Source: an uncultured virus (IMG/VR IMGVR_UViG_3300025652_000050) (taxonomy: Duplodnaviria; Heunggongvirae; Uroviricota; Caudoviricetes; Crassvirales). Taken from it: 64,000 bases of DNA. The notes below the pieces were generated by a model. The model did no database searches, was not told the DNA's origin, and saw only the letters and a list, made by a program, of their open reading frames with translations. This document shows positions 36,964-47,249 of this stretch, one piece after another. Within the stretch, counting starts at the first letter, position 1. Every line of letters starts with the position of its first letter. The stretch lies in the IMG/VR virus record IMGVR_UViG_3300025652_000050; one strand, 5' to 3'. The position numbers were made by a program, and so were the translations under genes.

Positions 36964-37980
36964 ATGGCAAAACAAGATGCAAAACCTCAAGTAGAAAAGC
37001 TTGAATTAAAAGAATTGGACAACAACGAAACTATTGTTCAAGAATTAGAGACTCCGAAAACACCTGTTCAGGAAACTCCGAAAGTGGATATGATTCCATT
37101 GGACCAAGTAAACGATTTAATCGAAAAAAGGATTCAGGAAGCATTATCAAAACAAAAGACACAAGTTGAAGTAGAGACTCCAAAAACTCAACCAAGACCT
37201 TCTCAAGACTATTCAGAAAAAAACATCAACACAGATGAAATACCTGGATTAGAAAACTTTGAATACAAAGACAGAATGTACATTACAGTTGATGGAACAA
37301 AGAGTCCTACATTTGAGATTAGAAGCAGACATAAGAAATTAAGTCCTTTACAGTTCACTAATCCAAACACAAAAATTGTTCATACATTAAGATATGGTTC
37401 AAACCACCCTTCTTTTTTTGTGGACCAACAAAAAGGTGCTGATGTTCTTACTACACATATTCTTATGAAAGATGGGATTTTACGTGTACCAAAAGAAAAC
37501 ACAACACTTCAAAGATTTTTACAAATTCACCCTGATAAGGATAAAATTTGGAAAGAATTGGATCACGCATTAGAAAGTAAAAAAATTGTTGACCAAGAAG
37601 AAATTCTATACCAAGCTCAGAAACTTTCAAGAGAAATTGGGGCATTGGAATTAACTGCTGCTGCAAGAATTTTTTGCGTAGGATTTAGTGAAGATTGGGA
37701 TAGTTATACTCTTAAAAGCGAAGTTTATGCTGAGGTTAAGAGAAGACCAGAAGTTTTCATTAAAATAGCTACTGATAAATCTTTAAAAGCTAAAGGTATT
37801 ATCAAAACTGCATTATCAAGAGGATTCATTGCATATAGAAACTACAAGTTCTATGATGGAAACAATGAAGAAATTTTTGCAGTAGGAAGAAATGAAAATG
37901 AGTTGGATGCTATGATTAACTACATGGATTCAACAGATGGAAAAGCTCTTTATGAATATTTAGAGAACGCAGTAAACTAG
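36964..37980 (+). CDS. Hypothetical protein of the virion module
   Basis: 338 aa with its own TATCTTTG promoter (36916-36923). Confidence 0.75.
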   Translation: MAKQDAKPQVEKLELKELDNNETIVQELETPKTPVQETPKVDMIPLDQVNDLIEKRIQEALSKQKTQVEVETPKTQPRPSQDYSEKNINTDEIPGLENFEYKDRMYITVDGTKSPTFEIRSRHKKLSPLQFTNPNTKIVHTLRYGSNHPSFFVDQQKGADVLTTHILMKDGILRVPKENTTLQRFLQIHPDKDKIWKELDHALESKKIVDQEEILYQAQKLSREIGALELTAAARIFCVGFSEDWDSYTLKSEVYAEVKRRPEVFIKIATDKSLKAKGIIKTALSRGFIAYRNYKFYDGNNEEIFAVGRNENELDAMINYMDSTDGKALYEYLENAVN

Positions 37981-38002
37981 AGTTTCACTACAATTATAAA
38001 TC

Positions 38003-38034
38003 AAAAAACCACCTTATTACAGGTGGTTTTTTTT
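38003..38034. terminator. Bidirectional terminator
   Basis: A6-CCACCT...AGGTGG-T8. Confidence 0.85.
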
Positions 38035-38162
38035 ATGGAAGAATTTAAAATACTAAAACGATAAAAGTAAATTAACAAACGAATGACACAAATGTAACAA
38101 ATTAAGTTTAAACACAATACATAAACTAAATTTTTTTATCTTTGTTAATAAATTATTAGACC

Positions 38163-38900
38163 ATGATAAGTATAAATACTGTAAGAAACATTGTTTTACA
38201 ACTATTAAACAAGAATAATAGAGGGTATATTACTCCTGAAGAGTTTAATAATTTCTGTAAAATGGCTCAAATCTCTGTTTTTGAAGAGTTATTTGATGAC
38301 TACAATAAGAACATTAACAAGCAAAATAGAAGACTTACTAATTCTGAATACGCTAATATTCCAAAAAATATCAGAGAAATGATTGATGTTTTTGCTGAAT
38401 ACTCAACTACTACAAACTTCACATATAATGACTTAACAAATGTATGGGAGTTTTCTGGAACAGACCTTTACAGAACAGAAAATATATCTTTAGTTACAAT
38501 TGCTAATAAAGTAAAAAAAGATGTAGAGGAAGTATCTAAAAGCGAGGTAAACAACTTAGTTAACTCAAATATGATTGCTCCAACAACAACTTACCCTGCT
38601 TATGTTAAGATAGGTCAAGTTTATAGATTGTTTCCAACTGTAGATTTAGATGATTATTATTTAGAATTATTCTATATAAGAACACCAAAAGACCCAAAAT
38701 GGACTTATGTAAATGTTCAAGGTAATCCAATTTACAATCCATCAGCAGCAGACAAACAAGATATTGAACTACATGAATCTCTTTTAAATAGATTAGTTGT
38801 AAAGATTTTATTATATTGTGGAATATCAATACGTGAGGACCAAGTTATCCAAATTGCAAATAATGAGGATATGAAAAACGAACAAAAGAAAAACCAATAA
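38163..38900 (+). CDS. Putative tail tubular / head-tail adaptor protein
   Basis: NKNNRGYITPEEFN, PKDPKW, DIELHES; position. Confidence 0.65.
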   Translation: MISINTVRNIVLQLLNKNNRGYITPEEFNNFCKMAQISVFEELFDDYNKNINKQNRRLTNSEYANIPKNIREMIDVFAEYSTTTNFTYNDLTNVWEFSGTDLYRTENISLVTIANKVKKDVEEVSKSEVNNLVNSNMIAPTTTYPAYVKIGQVYRLFPTVDLDDYYLELFYIRTPKDPKWTYVNVQGNPIYNPSAADKQDIELHESLLNRLVVKILLYCGISIREDQVIQIANNEDMKNEQKKNQ

Positions 38901-38903
38901 ACA

Positions 38904-39749
38904 ATGGCATCACAGAACCCACAAGAATATTACGAAAATTTAGAGAATCATGGTGATTTCCAATATGAAACTTTAGAAAATCTTGTAAACAATTACATGC
39001 AAAACTTCACAGGAGACAATTCTATTTTAGGAGTTATTCCAAGAAGACAAGTTTTGTTTTGGATGAAAAAAGGTATTCAAAATTTTACTTTTGATGCTTT
39101 AAAAGAAGTGAAAGCAGTAGAGCTTGAACTAGGAGAAGATTTAAGTGTTATTATGCCACCTGATTACGTTCAATATGTTAGAATATCTTGGTTAGATACT
39201 AATACAGGTTATTTTAGACCGATGGCAGAAAACAGAAGAATGGCTATTTCAACTGCTTACTTACAAGACCATGAAGCGAACATTTTATTTGATAATGAAG
39301 GAGAAATTTTAGAAGGAACTTCAGCTTCGGAATTAATACACAGTCAAAAATCATATTCAATAAGTCCAGATTGTGGTTGTTCAGGTCAGAATTGGTCAAT
39401 CGATCCATCTAAAAATTACAATGGAGAATTTAATATTGATAAGAGAGCAGGTAAAATTAGATTTAGTTCTCAAAATGCAACAAAAATAATTACATTAGAG
39501 TACATATCTGATGGTTTAGAATATTCTAATGAAAGCGATATTAAAGTACATAAGTTCGCAGAAATGGCTTTATACGCTTGGACAAGTTGGAATTTATTCA
39601 ATAACAAAATAGGAGTAAACGAATACGACAGAAGATCAAAAAAGAAAGATTACGATACTGCTTTTAGAAATTGTAAACTAAAATTAATGAATCTTAGAAT
39701 TTCAGAGGTAACACAACTTTTAAAAGGTAGAGACAGATGGGTAAGATAA
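38904..39749 (+). CDS. Putative structural (tail ring) protein
   Basis: PPDYVQYVRIS, LEYISDG; position. Confidence 0.6.
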   Translation: MASQNPQEYYENLENHGDFQYETLENLVNNYMQNFTGDNSILGVIPRRQVLFWMKKGIQNFTFDALKEVKAVELELGEDLSVIMPPDYVQYVRISWLDTNTGYFRPMAENRRMAISTAYLQDHEANILFDNEGEILEGTSASELIHSQKSYSISPDCGCSGQNWSIDPSKNYNGEFNIDKRAGKIRFSSQNATKIITLEYISDGLEYSNESDIKVHKFAEMALYAWTSWNLFNNKIGVNEYDRRSKKKDYDTAFRNCKLKLMNLRISEVTQLLKGRDRWVR

Positions 39750-42700
39750 AAAATCTACTAACAAGTGGAATTGTAAATAAAGATGTCGATGAAAGATTAG
39801 TGCCATCAAATATGATGATAGATGCTGAGAACTTCATTGTTACATCTACTGATGGTTCAAATGCAGGAGTTGGTAAAAATGTACAAGGAAACGTAAAAAA
39901 AACAGATTACAATTTTACCGGTGCCAAAACAATTGGTTCTGGAACAAATCCATCAAAGGAAAACGTTTACAATTTAATCAAGGGAACAGATTTTGATTAT
40001 GTTGTTGAATATAATGTAGAAAGTGATACTTCTGAAATAGTTTTACAATCTACAACAGGTGGAGTTTTAAACTTTAAAGAAGGAGAAAGAATACTAAATG
40101 TAGATATTATTTCAAGTGGTGAAGAGGAAGGTGATTTAATTGCATTTTCAGGAGATAGTAATCCCCCAAGAATAGTTAATATAGCTACAGCCAAAACCTT
40201 TGCTATTGATGGATTTACAGATGACCAAATTTCAGTAATGAAACCTGCACCATTTTTTGCACCTACAATAGTTCCTGCAACTGTTGGTGATAATAATGCA
40301 GTATTTTTAGAAGAGAGATTTGTTTGTTTTGGTTACAGATGGAGATACAAAGGTGGATATTACTCAGCTATTTCAACTTGGTCGGAATACAATTTTACTC
40401 CTGATAATTTTAACGTAGATTTTGATACGTTTGAGAATTTAGGAATGATAAACAAGTTCAATGCAGTTAGAATATTTTTTAACACAGGACTTATTGATGT
40501 AGAATCTATTGAATTATTATTCAAAGAAAGTAATTCTGAGAATGTATATGTAATAGATAAGTTTAATAAAGAAGAGTTAAATTATGGTGATAATGAAACT
40601 AAAAACTTCTTATTCTCAACTAATAAAATTTACACAATATTATCTTCTGAACAATATTTTAGAAATTATGATGCGGTTCCATTAAGAACAGTTGCTCAAA
40701 CTTTAATTGGAAATAGATTAGCTTATGCAAACTATTATGAGCAAATGGATTTAATTGATGTAGAAGGAAACCCAATAAACCTAAACTTCACAGTTGATTA
40801 TGTTTCAGAACCAATAGGAGAAAAAACTTTAAACAATAATTTTTCTACAACAGAATATGTTTCTGATGCAGGAACAGTAGATATATTAGAATCAACACTA
40901 AATATAGATTTTACAGGAACTATATTTAAAGAATCAGCAATTATAAGCATTCAGTTTTTTATTGAATCTGGAGGAGTAGTTGGAAGAGACCCTGAAAAAA
41001 CAACATTCAATGAAACTTTTAACTATGTGTTAGAAAGTGATTTTATTGATTTAGCAGATTTTTATACTAACTCTAACTTCAAGGATAATTTAGAAACTGA
41101 TTTATCATTGTTGTTTGAAACAAGTACTTTAACACTTCCTGATGATGGTACATTACACGAATTTATAGAATTTGAGGTAACTAATCCAAACTCAAATACT
41201 CTTGCAATTAAACTACCTGCATTTGTATTTTTAATTGACAATGGAGTTGACCCATCAAGTTATGTAGCAGAATACTATTCTAACCAAATAGTAAAATCAT
41301 TTTACTCAGTAAGTGGTTCAAAAAGCTCTATGCATTCTAATAGAGAATATGAAGGCTGTATGATTTACTTGGACAGTAAAGGAAGAAAAACAACAGCATT
41401 GGTAAGCAAAACTAATTCTGTTTATATTCCAATTTCTGAAAGTGTAAATAAAAACAGACTTGTTATTGATGTTAATAGCAATCCACCTGCAGATGCAACA
41501 CATTATAAATTTGGGATAAAACAGATAAACAAACTTTATGAAACTATTTATGCAAGTATTTTTTATGAAGATGGAGTTTATAGGTGGGTAAAACTTGAAG
41601 GAAGTAATAAAAACAAAGTTACTGAAGGAGATGTTTTAATTGTAAAATCAGATAGAAATGGGCCATTAACTAATGTTATTAAAATAAAAGTTTTAGAGGT
41701 AACACTTAAAGAAAAAGATTTTATTGAAAACAATAAAGATATTACGGGGAATTTAATAACAGAACAATCAGGATTTTACATGAAATTTAAACCTGTAGGT
41801 ATCAATATAAATTATCAAACAAATGAGTTTATTCAATCTCCATATACAGAAGGTAAAGTATATGTTGATAGACCATTTGTATATATAGATTTATTTTCAA
41901 TTGAAGACACTTCTAATCCAGGAACTTATATACCTTATGGATTAACTCCAGGAGATGTTGTAACTATAAGAATGGATTCTTATAGAAAAGGTCGTTCAGA
42001 TGCTTTTTATCAAGATAGTTTTAATGTAAATGGTATTTATGCAAACTTTAAAGAATGGTTTGATACAGAAATGTCATCTGTAGTATTTGAATCAAATACA
42101 GGAGAAAATTACAATGTAGAAATAGTAGAAGGTACAGCAGTTCGTATTGATGTAGGAGATGTAGTTGATTATAACTTTACACCTTCAAATAATGGTAGAT
42201 TTTACTTTAAGTTTGAAGGTGTTCACCCTGGTAATGGAACACAACAAAGAGGTTTTGCAGATGGTACAGTTTCAGTAAGAGATGTAACAGGAATAATCAT
42301 TTTTGAAAAAGAAACAGAAGATGTAATTAATACAAGTTATTTTGAAACTCCTGAAACATATAGAATAATCGACAACCAACATGAGTTTGTACAACATACT
42401 TTATCAAGAACTTTTAATTGTTTTTGTTTTGGAAATGGTGCCGAATCATATCAAATAAAAGATAATTTCAATGCTAAGTTTTTGAACATTGATTTTAAGC
42501 CAACATTAGTAAGTGAGGATATTTATAAGAAAATAAATAGATTTGCAGACATAACTTATTCTGGGGTATTCAATAGTAATTCAGGAGTAAATAGGCTAAA
42601 TGAGTTCAATTTATCACTTGCAAATTATAAAGATGATATTGAGAAGTCTTATGGTCCAATTTACAAGATAAAAGGACAAGATACAAATTTAGAAGTTTAT

Positions 42701-43768
42701 CAAGAAGATAAACCTAGTATTGTTTTTTATGGAAAAGACTTACTATATAATGCAGATGGCACAAGCAATTTATCAAGAATTGAAGATGTATTAGGTCAAC
42801 AAAAAACAGATGGTGGAGAATTTGGTATTTCATATCACCCATTATCTTATGATGACTTTGCTTTTAATTCATACTTTACTGATGTAAAAAGAGGAGTGGT
42901 TTTAAAAAGAAATTTTAACAATGGACTTTTCGAGATTTCAAGTCAAGGAATGAGAAGTTATTTCAAAAAACTATTCAGAAATAATAAAATAAATCACATT
43001 AAAGGAGCTTACGATCAGTTTAGAGATTTCTATTTACTAAACATTCAGTACAATGATACAGAGTATGTAACATGGGTTTATTCAGATAAAGACAATGGTT
43101 GGTTAGGTAGATTAACAATGAATCCAGAAGACATGATAAAAATCAATAATGATTTTGTCGCATTTAAAAACGGAGAAGTTTATTTATGTAATCAGGATAG
43201 TATTTATAACACTTTCTTTGGAGAAGAAAATGATAGTATATTTAGTTTTAACTTTAGCCAAGAACCAAGTTTAAGAAAGAATTTCAGAAACATTAGTATT
43301 GAAGGTACAGATGCATGGGAAGTTACGTTAGAAACAGAACAAGACCAAGGATATATTAGAAAAGAAGACTTTGAAAACAAAGAAGGAGTTTATTACGGAT
43401 ATGTAAGAAACTCAAATGATACAATTGATACTTCAAAATTAAGTTGTCAAGGAGTTGGAATAGCTACTATTAATGGTTTAGTTTTAAGTTTTAATAACCC
43501 AATAGAAAGTGTTATTTCAATAGGGGATGAAGTTAGAAATATTAATCTTGAAGTTGTTGGAACTATACAGTCAAAAACTGATAATACTCTTGGGTTAAAT
43601 ACAGTAAATAATTTAGCAACAGGAGACTTTGTATTGGTAACAAAACCACAAAGTATTGAAAATCAAATAATGTTAGGATATTATATGAAAGTAACAATGA
43701 GATTAAGAAAAAATACTTATACAGAAGTTTATTCAATTAATTCAGAAGTAAACCAAAGTTCAGAATAG
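39737..43768 (+). CDS. Putative tail stabilisation / nozzle protein
   Basis: 1343 aa; NKDVDERLVP..MIDAEN start; beta-propeller-like; position. Confidence 0.7.
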   Translation: MGKIKNLLTSGIVNKDVDERLVPSNMMIDAENFIVTSTDGSNAGVGKNVQGNVKKTDYNFTGAKTIGSGTNPSKENVYNLIKGTDFDYVVEYNVESDTSEIVLQSTTGGVLNFKEGERILNVDIISSGEEEGDLIAFSGDSNPPRIVNIATAKTFAIDGFTDDQISVMKPAPFFAPTIVPATVGDNNAVFLEERFVCFGYRWRYKGGYYSAISTWSEYNFTPDNFNVDFDTFENLGMINKFNAVRIFFNTGLIDVESIELLFKESNSENVYVIDKFNKEELNYGDNETKNFLFSTNKIYTILSSEQYFRNYDAVPLRTVAQTLIGNRLAYANYYEQMDLIDVEGNPINLNFTVDYVSEPIGEKTLNNNFSTTEYVSDAGTVDILESTLNIDFTGTIFKESAIISIQFFIESGGVVGRDPEKTTFNETFNYVLESDFIDLADFYTNSNFKDNLETDLSLLFETSTLTLPDDGTLHEFIEFEVTNPNSNTLAIKLPAFVFLIDNGVDPSSYVAEYYSNQIVKSFYSVSGSKSSMHSNREYEGCMIYLDSKGRKTTALVSKTNSVYIPISESVNKNRLVIDVNSNPPADATHYKFGIKQINKLYETIYASIFYEDGVYRWVKLEGSNKNKVTEGDVLIVKSDRNGPLTNVIKIKVLEVTLKEKDFIENNKDITGNLITEQSGFYMKFKPVGININYQTNEFIQSPYTEGKVYVDRPFVYIDLFSIEDTSNPGTYIPYGLTPGDVVTIRMDSYRKGRSDAFYQDSFNVNGIYANFKEWFDTEMSSVVFESNTGENYNVEIVEGTAVRIDVGDVVDYNFTPSNNGRFYFKFEGVHPGNGTQQRGFADGTVSVRDVTGIIIFEKETEDVINTSYFETPETYRIIDNQHEFVQHTLSRTFNCFCFGNGAESYQIKDNFNAKFLNIDFKPTLVSEDIYKKINRFADITYSGVFNSNSGVNRLNEFNLSLANYKDDIEKSYGPIYKIKGQDTNLEVYQEDKPSIVFYGKDLLYNADGTSNLSRIEDVLGQQKTDGGEFGISYHPLSYDDFAFNSYFTDVKRGVVLKRNFNNGLFEISSQGMRSYFKKLFRNNKINHIKGAYDQFRDFYLLNIQYNDTEYVTWVYSDKDNGWLGRLTMNPEDMIKINNDFVAFKNGEVYLCNQDSIYNTFFGEENDSIFSFNFSQEPSLRKNFRNISIEGTDAWEVTLETEQDQGYIRKEDFENKEGVYYGYVRNSNDTIDTSKLSCQGVGIATINGLVLSFNNPIESVISIGDEVRNINLEVVGTIQSKTDNTLGLNTVNNLATGDFVLVTKPQSIENQIMLGYYMKVTMRLRKNTYTEVYSINSEVNQSSE

Positions 43769-43789
43769 AATTTTCATTATATTTGTCTT

Positions 43790-44191
43790 ATGAATTTTAC
43801 AGTAAAAAAACATAGTACGGAAGAAGTTTATGATATTATGTGTTCCTTTTGGGATATGCATAAATTTCCAAGAGTAGATTTATCGTATCTACCTGTAAAC
43901 ACATTCATTGTCTATTCAGAGGAAATTCCTTTGTATTCAATGTGTTTTTACTTTACAGATGCGAAAGGTTTAGCTTGGATAGCATGGCAAATTTCAAATA
44001 AAAATGTTACATTTAAGAAAAGAGATGGAGCATTAGCAGTACTTTTAAATCATATAAAAAACTATGCTAAGAAAAAAGGGGTAGGATTTCTTATGACAAC
44101 CTCAAATACTGAAGCAGTAGTAACCGTTCTTAAAAATTCAGATTTTATTGAAGGTGATTTGAATGTCAACCAATATTTTTGCAAATTATAA
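43790..44191 (+). CDS. GNAT-like protein of the podovirus virion module
   Basis: AWIAWQISN...GALAVLL...AKKKG pattern; position ahead of the ejection proteins. Confidence 0.55.
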   Translation: MNFTVKKHSTEEVYDIMCSFWDMHKFPRVDLSYLPVNTFIVYSEEIPLYSMCFYFTDAKGLAWIAWQISNKNVTFKKRDGALAVLLNHIKNYAKKKGVGFLMTTSNTEAVVTVLKNSDFIEGDLNVNQYFCKL

Positions 44192-44911
44192 TATTAATCC
44201 TTTTTGTTTAAAAAATAATAATCTAGCGTTATATCCTTCTTCTTTTGTTTTAAAGTATCCTAAATTATATGTTTTTCCATTAAAAGAAGCTCTGGCATAA
44301 AAAACTTGACCTTTTTTGTAAACACATTTATATATATCTATTGACTTTTTATTTCTTACAGATAGAAAATCTTTGCCTAACAAATATAATTCAATAGATT
44401 TTTTTCTTGCAAATATAGCATCTTCTTTATTATCAAATACCCCTATGTTATATGCTTTATTATCAAAAAAAACACTTGCTCCAAACTTTCCGTTTTTAGA
44501 CAAATACAACCCTAATTCACCTGTTTTATTAAAAATATTTTTAGAATCATTTTCTCTATGAGAAATTATTTGTAAATTACATAATCTATTATCAGTTTTT
44601 ATATTATTTATATGGTCAACTATTTTGTTGTGTCCATTGGGAATATGATTTAAGAAAACATTTGCAATCAAAACATGTATAGCATTAGGTTTTTTATTGT
44701 TACAAACACAAAGACAAATGTATCTATATGTTTTAAAAAAAGAACCCTTTAGTATTTTTGTTTTTTTTCTGCAACTTTTTACTCTTCCTAAATCACTTAC
44801 TTGATATAATCCTTCATATTCTGGAATATCTTTCCAAATTTCTTCACAAACTTGACCTTCATCATTTGTGTAAATTATATTTTCTAAACTTAAGTTTTTG
44901 TAGTATTCCAT
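44186..44911 (-). CDS. NUMOD4-HNH homing endonuclease with two AP2-like repeats (copy B)
   Basis: First 40 aa identical to copy A; VDHINNIKTDNRLCNL; YNIGVF and YNLGYF repeats. Confidence 0.9.
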   Translation of the reverse strand: MEYYKNLSLENIIYTNDEGQVCEEIWKDIPEYEGLYQVSDLGRVKSCRKKTKILKGSFFKTYRYICLCVCNNKKPNAIHVLIANVFLNHIPNGHNKIVDHINNIKTDNRLCNLQIISHRENDSKNIFNKTGELGLYLSKNGKFGASVFFDNKAYNIGVFDNKEDAIFARKKSIELYLLGKDFLSVRNKKSIDIYKCVYKKGQVFYARASFNGKTYNLGYFKTKEEGYNARLLFFKQKGLIL

Positions 44912-44924
44912 GATGTTTTAATAT

Positions 44925-45019
44925 AAAAAGAAAATCCAAATAGAGCTACTACACATCTATTTGGACTTCTCGTTTAGGGTGTTTCACCTATTTATCTTAA
45001 ACGCAAGTAGTAGATTGCG
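44925..45019 (-). ncRNA. Structured leader RNA of HNH gene B
   Basis: Same fold as 29100-29194 with CTACTAC/GTAGTAG pairing; TATATTTG promoter at 45023-45030. Confidence 0.75.
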
Positions 45020-45096
45020 AGACAAATATATAAATATTAATTCAATTTAATTAAAAAAAATCATTATTTTTGTTTAATAATTTATAAATTATAATT

Positions 45097-45711
45097 ATGG
45101 CATCAGCAGGAGCAGGAGCATTAGGAGCAGGTGTTGGATTGTACCAGACAATTCAAGGATCCAAACAAGCTAAAGAAGCAAGACAAGCATTGGAAGATTA
45201 CCAAAGACAAGAACTCGTGAATACAGGTGAAGGTCTTCAAGTATCTACAATGGGTGCGGATTTACAAAGAGAGGAGCAACAAAGAATGGCTGCTACTCAA
45301 ACTAATGCTTTACAAGAAGGAGGAACAAGAGCAATTGTAGGTGGTGCAGGTAGAGTTGAAGCAGGAAACCAAAGAGTAAACAGACAAATTGGTGCTGATT
45401 TAGATATGCAACAAAAACAGATTGAACAATATACTGCTCAAGAAGGTGTTAGACTTCAAGGAATGACTGAGCAAAGGCAAAATATGGATATTAATGCATT
45501 AAGTTCTCAATACAATACAGGGCAACAAAATATGATGTCAGGATTAGGGAATATTATTGCAGGAACAGGACAAGCAGCAGTTGGAGCTATGGGTAAAAAC
45601 ACTACAGCTACACCAGTTACACTAAATACTACTCAAAACGCAGATGGAACTTTTAGCTATAAAGGACCTACAAGTTCTACAATGATAGATAATAATAACT
45701 ACTTAGGATAA
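45097..45711 (+). CDS. Internal virion / ejection protein
   Basis: A/G-rich hydrophobic N-terminus, Q-rich helices. Confidence 0.7.
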   Translation: MASAGAGALGAGVGLYQTIQGSKQAKEARQALEDYQRQELVNTGEGLQVSTMGADLQREEQQRMAATQTNALQEGGTRAIVGGAGRVEAGNQRVNRQIGADLDMQQKQIEQYTAQEGVRLQGMTEQRQNMDINALSSQYNTGQQNMMSGLGNIIAGTGQAAVGAMGKNTTATPVTLNTTQNADGTFSYKGPTSSTMIDNNNYLG

Positions 45712-45713
45712 TC

Positions 45714-47243
45714 ATGGCAATAGGTAAAACAGGAAGTTTCGCAACCACACAAGCACCAACGGACAACATACTACAATCAATGCAGTATGTTGACCAACTT
45801 GATTATAGAGCAAAGCAAGACCAAGCTAAAGCGGATGCAGCAAAAGAAGCAGCAAAATCAAAACAAGACGAAGAATTTAATAAAGATTTAGAGAAAGCAA
45901 GAGCAGTAACCACAGGAAATAGAGGTTACGATGCTCCTGTAATAGATGCTGTAAGGTCATTAGCTGAGAAAATGGCTAATGACTATAGGGATTTAAGTTC
46001 AGGAAAACTATCAACTGCAGAATATAATATTAAAAAAAATAATTTACTTTCTCAAGTTGATTTATTAAAACAAAAAAGTGAGGGAATAATTAAAAATTAC
46101 GAAATTTATAATGAAATGCTTAAAGCAGGTAAGCTTGAAGATGGTTGGGATGAAGGAGTTTTATCTTTAGGGAAATCTGTTGATAATGGACATGTAACAT
46201 CTGAAGTTGATGAAAATGGTAATACAACAATGATTGCATGGGAAGTTGATGAAAACAACCAACCAATAAGAATTATAGAAAAAACTCCATTAGCTGAGTT
46301 TGGTAATTCAAAATTAACTCCTGTAACAAAAATTGAATTTCAAAAAGATATTGAACAATTTAAGAAAAATAATGAATTAGGACTTCAAGAGTCTTTAGGT
46401 TATAATACCAAAACAGGTATTAAAGAATTAAAAAAAGGTTCTAATATTGATAGAAATATTATTGCATTTTCAAAAGCAAAAGTTAAAGACCCTAACTTCT
46501 TAAAAGTAGCATATAGAAATGCTACAGGAGAAACCATATATGATGCTGAAGAAATAAGTAAAGACCCTGAAAAAGTAAAAAAAGCAGAAGATTGGGCATA
46601 TAATCAACTTTTCGATTCTTACTCAAAAGAAGTAACTAAAGATGAAGCAGCTAGTAGAGCTAGACTGCAAGAAGAAAAAAGAAAGAACAAAGAAGAAGAA
46701 AAAGATAAAAAAGCTTCTTTTGGACAAGTAGAAGTTCCATCTTCTATAACAAGTGCAGGTTATCAATCAAAAGAAGGATATAAAGCTGTTTCTGTTAGAA
46801 ATGGAAGACCTTTTAATATATTAGCAGGACAAACATTTGCTACTGTAAATTCATATACTGTTACTACAGATGGAACAGGTAAAGAAAGAATAGTTGCTGA
46901 GATAGTTTATCCAGATATTAAAACATCATCATTAACTCCTCAAGAACAAAATATTTTTGATAAACTTGAAAAAAACCCTGAATCACTTACAGAATCAGAA
47001 AAATTAGTTGTGTCGAGAGTTACAACAGGAGCAGTTAATAAGACAAAAATTGTTACATTAGATGAAGCTGATTCAGATAAACTTGCAGGTCAAATTGGAT
47101 TAAATAATCCAAAAGAAGTTAGAGATGCAGCTAAATATAAAGATGTAAACGAAAAGTCTGAAAGAGAAAAATGGGATGATGCATACAATAAAGGACCAAA
47201 AAAAGGAACTACAAAAACAGAAGCAGAAAACTTAGGTATTTAA
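45714..47243 (+). CDS. Internal virion / ejection protein
   Basis: 509-aa helical protein between ejection genes. Confidence 0.6.
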   Translation: MAIGKTGSFATTQAPTDNILQSMQYVDQLDYRAKQDQAKADAAKEAAKSKQDEEFNKDLEKARAVTTGNRGYDAPVIDAVRSLAEKMANDYRDLSSGKLSTAEYNIKKNNLLSQVDLLKQKSEGIIKNYEIYNEMLKAGKLEDGWDEGVLSLGKSVDNGHVTSEVDENGNTTMIAWEVDENNQPIRIIEKTPLAEFGNSKLTPVTKIEFQKDIEQFKKNNELGLQESLGYNTKTGIKELKKGSNIDRNIIAFSKAKVKDPNFLKVAYRNATGETIYDAEEISKDPEKVKKAEDWAYNQLFDSYSKEVTKDEAASRARLQEEKRKNKEEEKDKKASFGQVEVPSSITSAGYQSKEGYKAVSVRNGRPFNILAGQTFATVNSYTVTTDGTGKERIVAEIVYPDIKTSSLTPQEQNIFDKLEKNPESLTESEKLVVSRVTTGAVNKTKIVTLDEADSDKLAGQIGLNNPKEVRDAAKYKDVNEKSEREKWDDAYNKGPKKGTTKTEAENLGI

Positions 47244-47249
47244 AACAAT

